Part shown: piece after piece, positions 61,201-64,000 of the stretch
Layout: every line of letters starts with the position of its first letter
How positions within the stretch are numbered: position 1 is the stretch's first letter
NCBI GenBank assembly: GCA_036630325.1
Contig: CP142727.1
Location: 1,302,001 to 1,366,000, forward strand
Reading direction: 5' to 3'
DNA from: Vairimorpha necatrix
Taxonomy: Eukaryota
Length of the DNA stretch: 64,000 nucleotides
The notes under the pieces: model-generated
Databases searched by the model: none
Told to the model about the DNA's origin: nothing
What the model saw: only the letters and a program-made list of their open reading frames with translations
Translations under genes and position numbers: made by a program

Positions 61201-62710
61201 TAACAAAACAATGCTTTTTTAACAAGGCATAAACTCTTGCTTTACAAAACAATGAATTATTAGAAAATAAATTTTAAAAAGTATTGTCTTTATTAATTGT
61301 ATAAAAAAACGTAAAAATATTGTTAATAAGATCATAGTATTTTTTTGAAAATTTGCCGTATTTAGGATCGTTATTTTTAGATTATGTTGGTTTAGACTAC
61401 TTTTTTATTTTTAATAAAATATTTTATGTTTTTTCGTTTTAAGCTAATTATAAAATGACCTTGTACATTAAATAAACATAAAAAAGAATACTCGAATCAA
61501 ATGATTACTCCTTGTTATGACCATATTAATCAGTTTTATGATGAAATAAAATTTTTTTTACTGTGACTATAAGACAGTTGTATGTTATAATATTGCAAGT
61601 AAAAACTTTAATAATAAAATTTTTGGGCATGATCGTTTTCTTTTCAATAAAATTTTTATATTTATTGTCAGGGAACAGATCTCCAGTGGTCTTAATATTT
61701 GCCTAAAAACAGAGAATACTAGTCTATAAGTATTCTCTTGAGTTTTCCAACAATGTTTTTAAAAGGAAAAAATTTAAATATTTTTCCTCAGAAAAAAATA
61801 AAAGAAATACATGCCCAAAAGGATATAGAGGATATTAAAAACATTGTTTAAAACATTCTTCTCGGTCTGGTGGGAAACTGATAGACCACAATTATTAAGC
61901 TCTGTAACTAAATATGATTTAAAAATAGAATTGTAATTTTTTATTCTAAAAAACATTTTCCAATTTAAATGGTGATTTTTTTATTGTTTTTAACCTTTTC
62001 AATGGAAATAATTGTATTGTTTCTTATGATTATATTTTACTTTTGATTGATTTCATGATTGTAATTGTACACTTATTCAATATTGTATAATATTACAAAA
62101 AAAGCATTCTAATACTCTCAAAGAAGATAAACAAGCAAAAATTTTTTTTATTTAAGCACGAATTTGTTTTTAAGGCTTATTTTTTTCAATTAAATATCTT
62201 AAAACCCATTTTTAAGATTCATTTAGTAAAAGTCAAATATAAACGATAATTTTACATAGTCTTATTTTAAAGATTACTGCGATAGAAAAGAAAGAAAATG
62301 TTTCTTTTTGTACTATGCATTCTCGTTTTTTTTGTGCTTATAGGTGTTTATAAAAAATTTAAATTATGAATATCATTTTTTCTAAAATATTCAAAGTTAA
62401 ATAAGTGTTTGTGGCCATATACTGGTTTTGAATTTAGTTCTATAAATAGTCTTTACATACTCTTTTATGATCATCATTTATTTATCTTTCTATAAAATAA
62501 AACAATAACTATTTTTTTATTTGTGGTCGATTAAACTATTATAAAAACTGTAAATCATGTATTTAAATTTATGAGGGAAATTGCAAATATCAAGACATTT
62601 TGTTTTTTTTTCATGTTCTTGTTTGAAATTAAGTTTCTTCATTTAATAACAACGTGTCAATCATACAATTTACAAGACGGTACATCCAAGGTATGCGGAA
62701 ACGCGAATTT

Positions 62711-62713
<3 letters not shown>

Positions 62714-62747
<34 letters not shown>
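62714..62747. repeat. (AT)n microsatellite
   Basis: About 17 uninterrupted AT units; absent at the paralogous site near 32290. Confidence 0.9.
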
Positions 62748-62751
<4 letters not shown>

Positions 62752-63396
62752 CACAACAAAAAAAAAGGATCTAAAAAATTAGTACAGATATCACAAAACA
62801 AATACATTGAAAATCCCCGTATTTATCTTAGATATAAGGATTTTCAACATGAAAATGCAAATTAGCATAAAAGACTTTAACGCTGTTTTGACCCAGATAC
62901 GACATAGATGTAAAATAATATTCACAAAATAAATCCAAATAAACAAGTCAAAAAATAATAAGTAGAATCAAGTAATAATAATAATAATTTAAAATCTAAA
63001 TGCTTTTTATAGACTATAGCACATTAGCTTGTTCCTGATATACTTTGAGTAGTTCATTTATAATTTAAAGCAAGAAAATCTTCACATGGTACCATAAATT
63101 AAAAATAATTAGTTAACAAATCTAAAATATTCTCTTAAAATTCAAATTTGATATGAAGTTGGATATAATTTCTAAGATTAAATTTGTGATCTCGAACTGT
63201 AAAATATAAACGGTGAAAAACAATTGCAAATCTGTGCGATGTTTATTATATTAGACTTTATTATATTTTAAAGCTTTTAAATTTGGTTTTTTATATTTTT
63301 ATTTGCTAATAAATAGGTACAATTTTGATAAATAAAAATTTTAAAATAATCAATTAATTGAGTGTATAAAAAATTCTAGAAAGATAAAAATTAAAA

Positions 63397-64000
63397 TCAT
63401 TTATATGTTTTTTTACGAAACTCCCCTACTTTATATTCTCTTGATGAATCTGAATCATTGTATTTAGCGATTTCGCATAATCTTATTAAAAGTTCATCCA
63501 TGTCATTTTTAAATATTTGCAGTATTTGCCATTGACAATTCCATTTCGTTATAAATCTCATTGACTTTTTAATTATAATAGAAAGTTGTCTACACGTCTT
63601 GTCATTTAATTCTATAAACGAAAGTGTATAAATAAGCTTGTAATTCATAAAAGCTAATGATTTTAAGAATAAATATGAATGTTCTTCGTCATTACTAATT
63701 TAATATTTCTGATAAAACATAAGACGTATTTATGAAAATTTTCAAAATTGTCAACTTTCTGTATCAAATTATCAATTACAAGCATCTTTTTTAATGTTTT
63801 TTTGTAATTTTTATCTTCTCTAAGTAGCAAATAAATCAATTTAGACGCGGCCTTTAGATCATCATAATTAATTTGAGCTAAGTCAAGTGACTCGACATTA
63901 GAAAAGTATTCAGTGGAATTACAAGATGAATAATTTAAGGGATCTTTGTAAATAACACCGCTTGGAACTATTTTTAACGACTCGGTATTTATTGTTTCTT
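63397..64000 (-). pseudogene. Family member 6 (5' end outside the window), frameshift near 63700
   Basis: KDPLNYSSCNSTEYFSNVESLDL...FHKYVL in one frame and DEEHSYLFLKSLAFMNYKLIY...CQW in another. Confidence 0.7.

Noticed and set aside
61711-61738. 10-bp stem hairpin AGAGAATACT...AGTATTCTCT
   Set aside because: Plausible by chance in AT-rich DNA and has no supporting context.

Overview
AT-rich eukaryotic DNA that looks like a microsporidian (Nosema/Vairimorpha-like) genome. The evidence is intronless compact genes, a CCC/GGG motif just before start codons, and a short frataxin. One tightly packed core-gene island (19.4-25.0 kb) holds an F-box/WD40 Cdc4-like gene, frataxin, a ROCK/MRCK-like kinase, TAF9 and a small hypothetical gene. 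It sits in a sea of transposons and duplications. At 1.4-9.4 kb a Merlin-type non-autonomous DNA element (8-bp TSD) carries two nested Ty3/Gypsy retrotransposons. Two related Ty3/Gypsy elements (1845-4657 and 47299-50481) are the most unusual feature. Their LTRs are only 48-49 bp and contain a CCC motif, the start codon and AATAAA, and their polyprotein has no recognisable aspartic protease. Also present are a conventional 350-bp-LTR Gypsy, a solo LTR, four 5'-truncated RLE-type non-LTR retrotransposons, and integrase-only (Ginger-like), Harbinger-like, Merlin-like and piggyBac-like relics. Six copies of an unrecognised ~227-aa putative secreted protein family (four intact, two disrupted) are spread by two segmental duplications. 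All calls were made by eye; no database searches were run.
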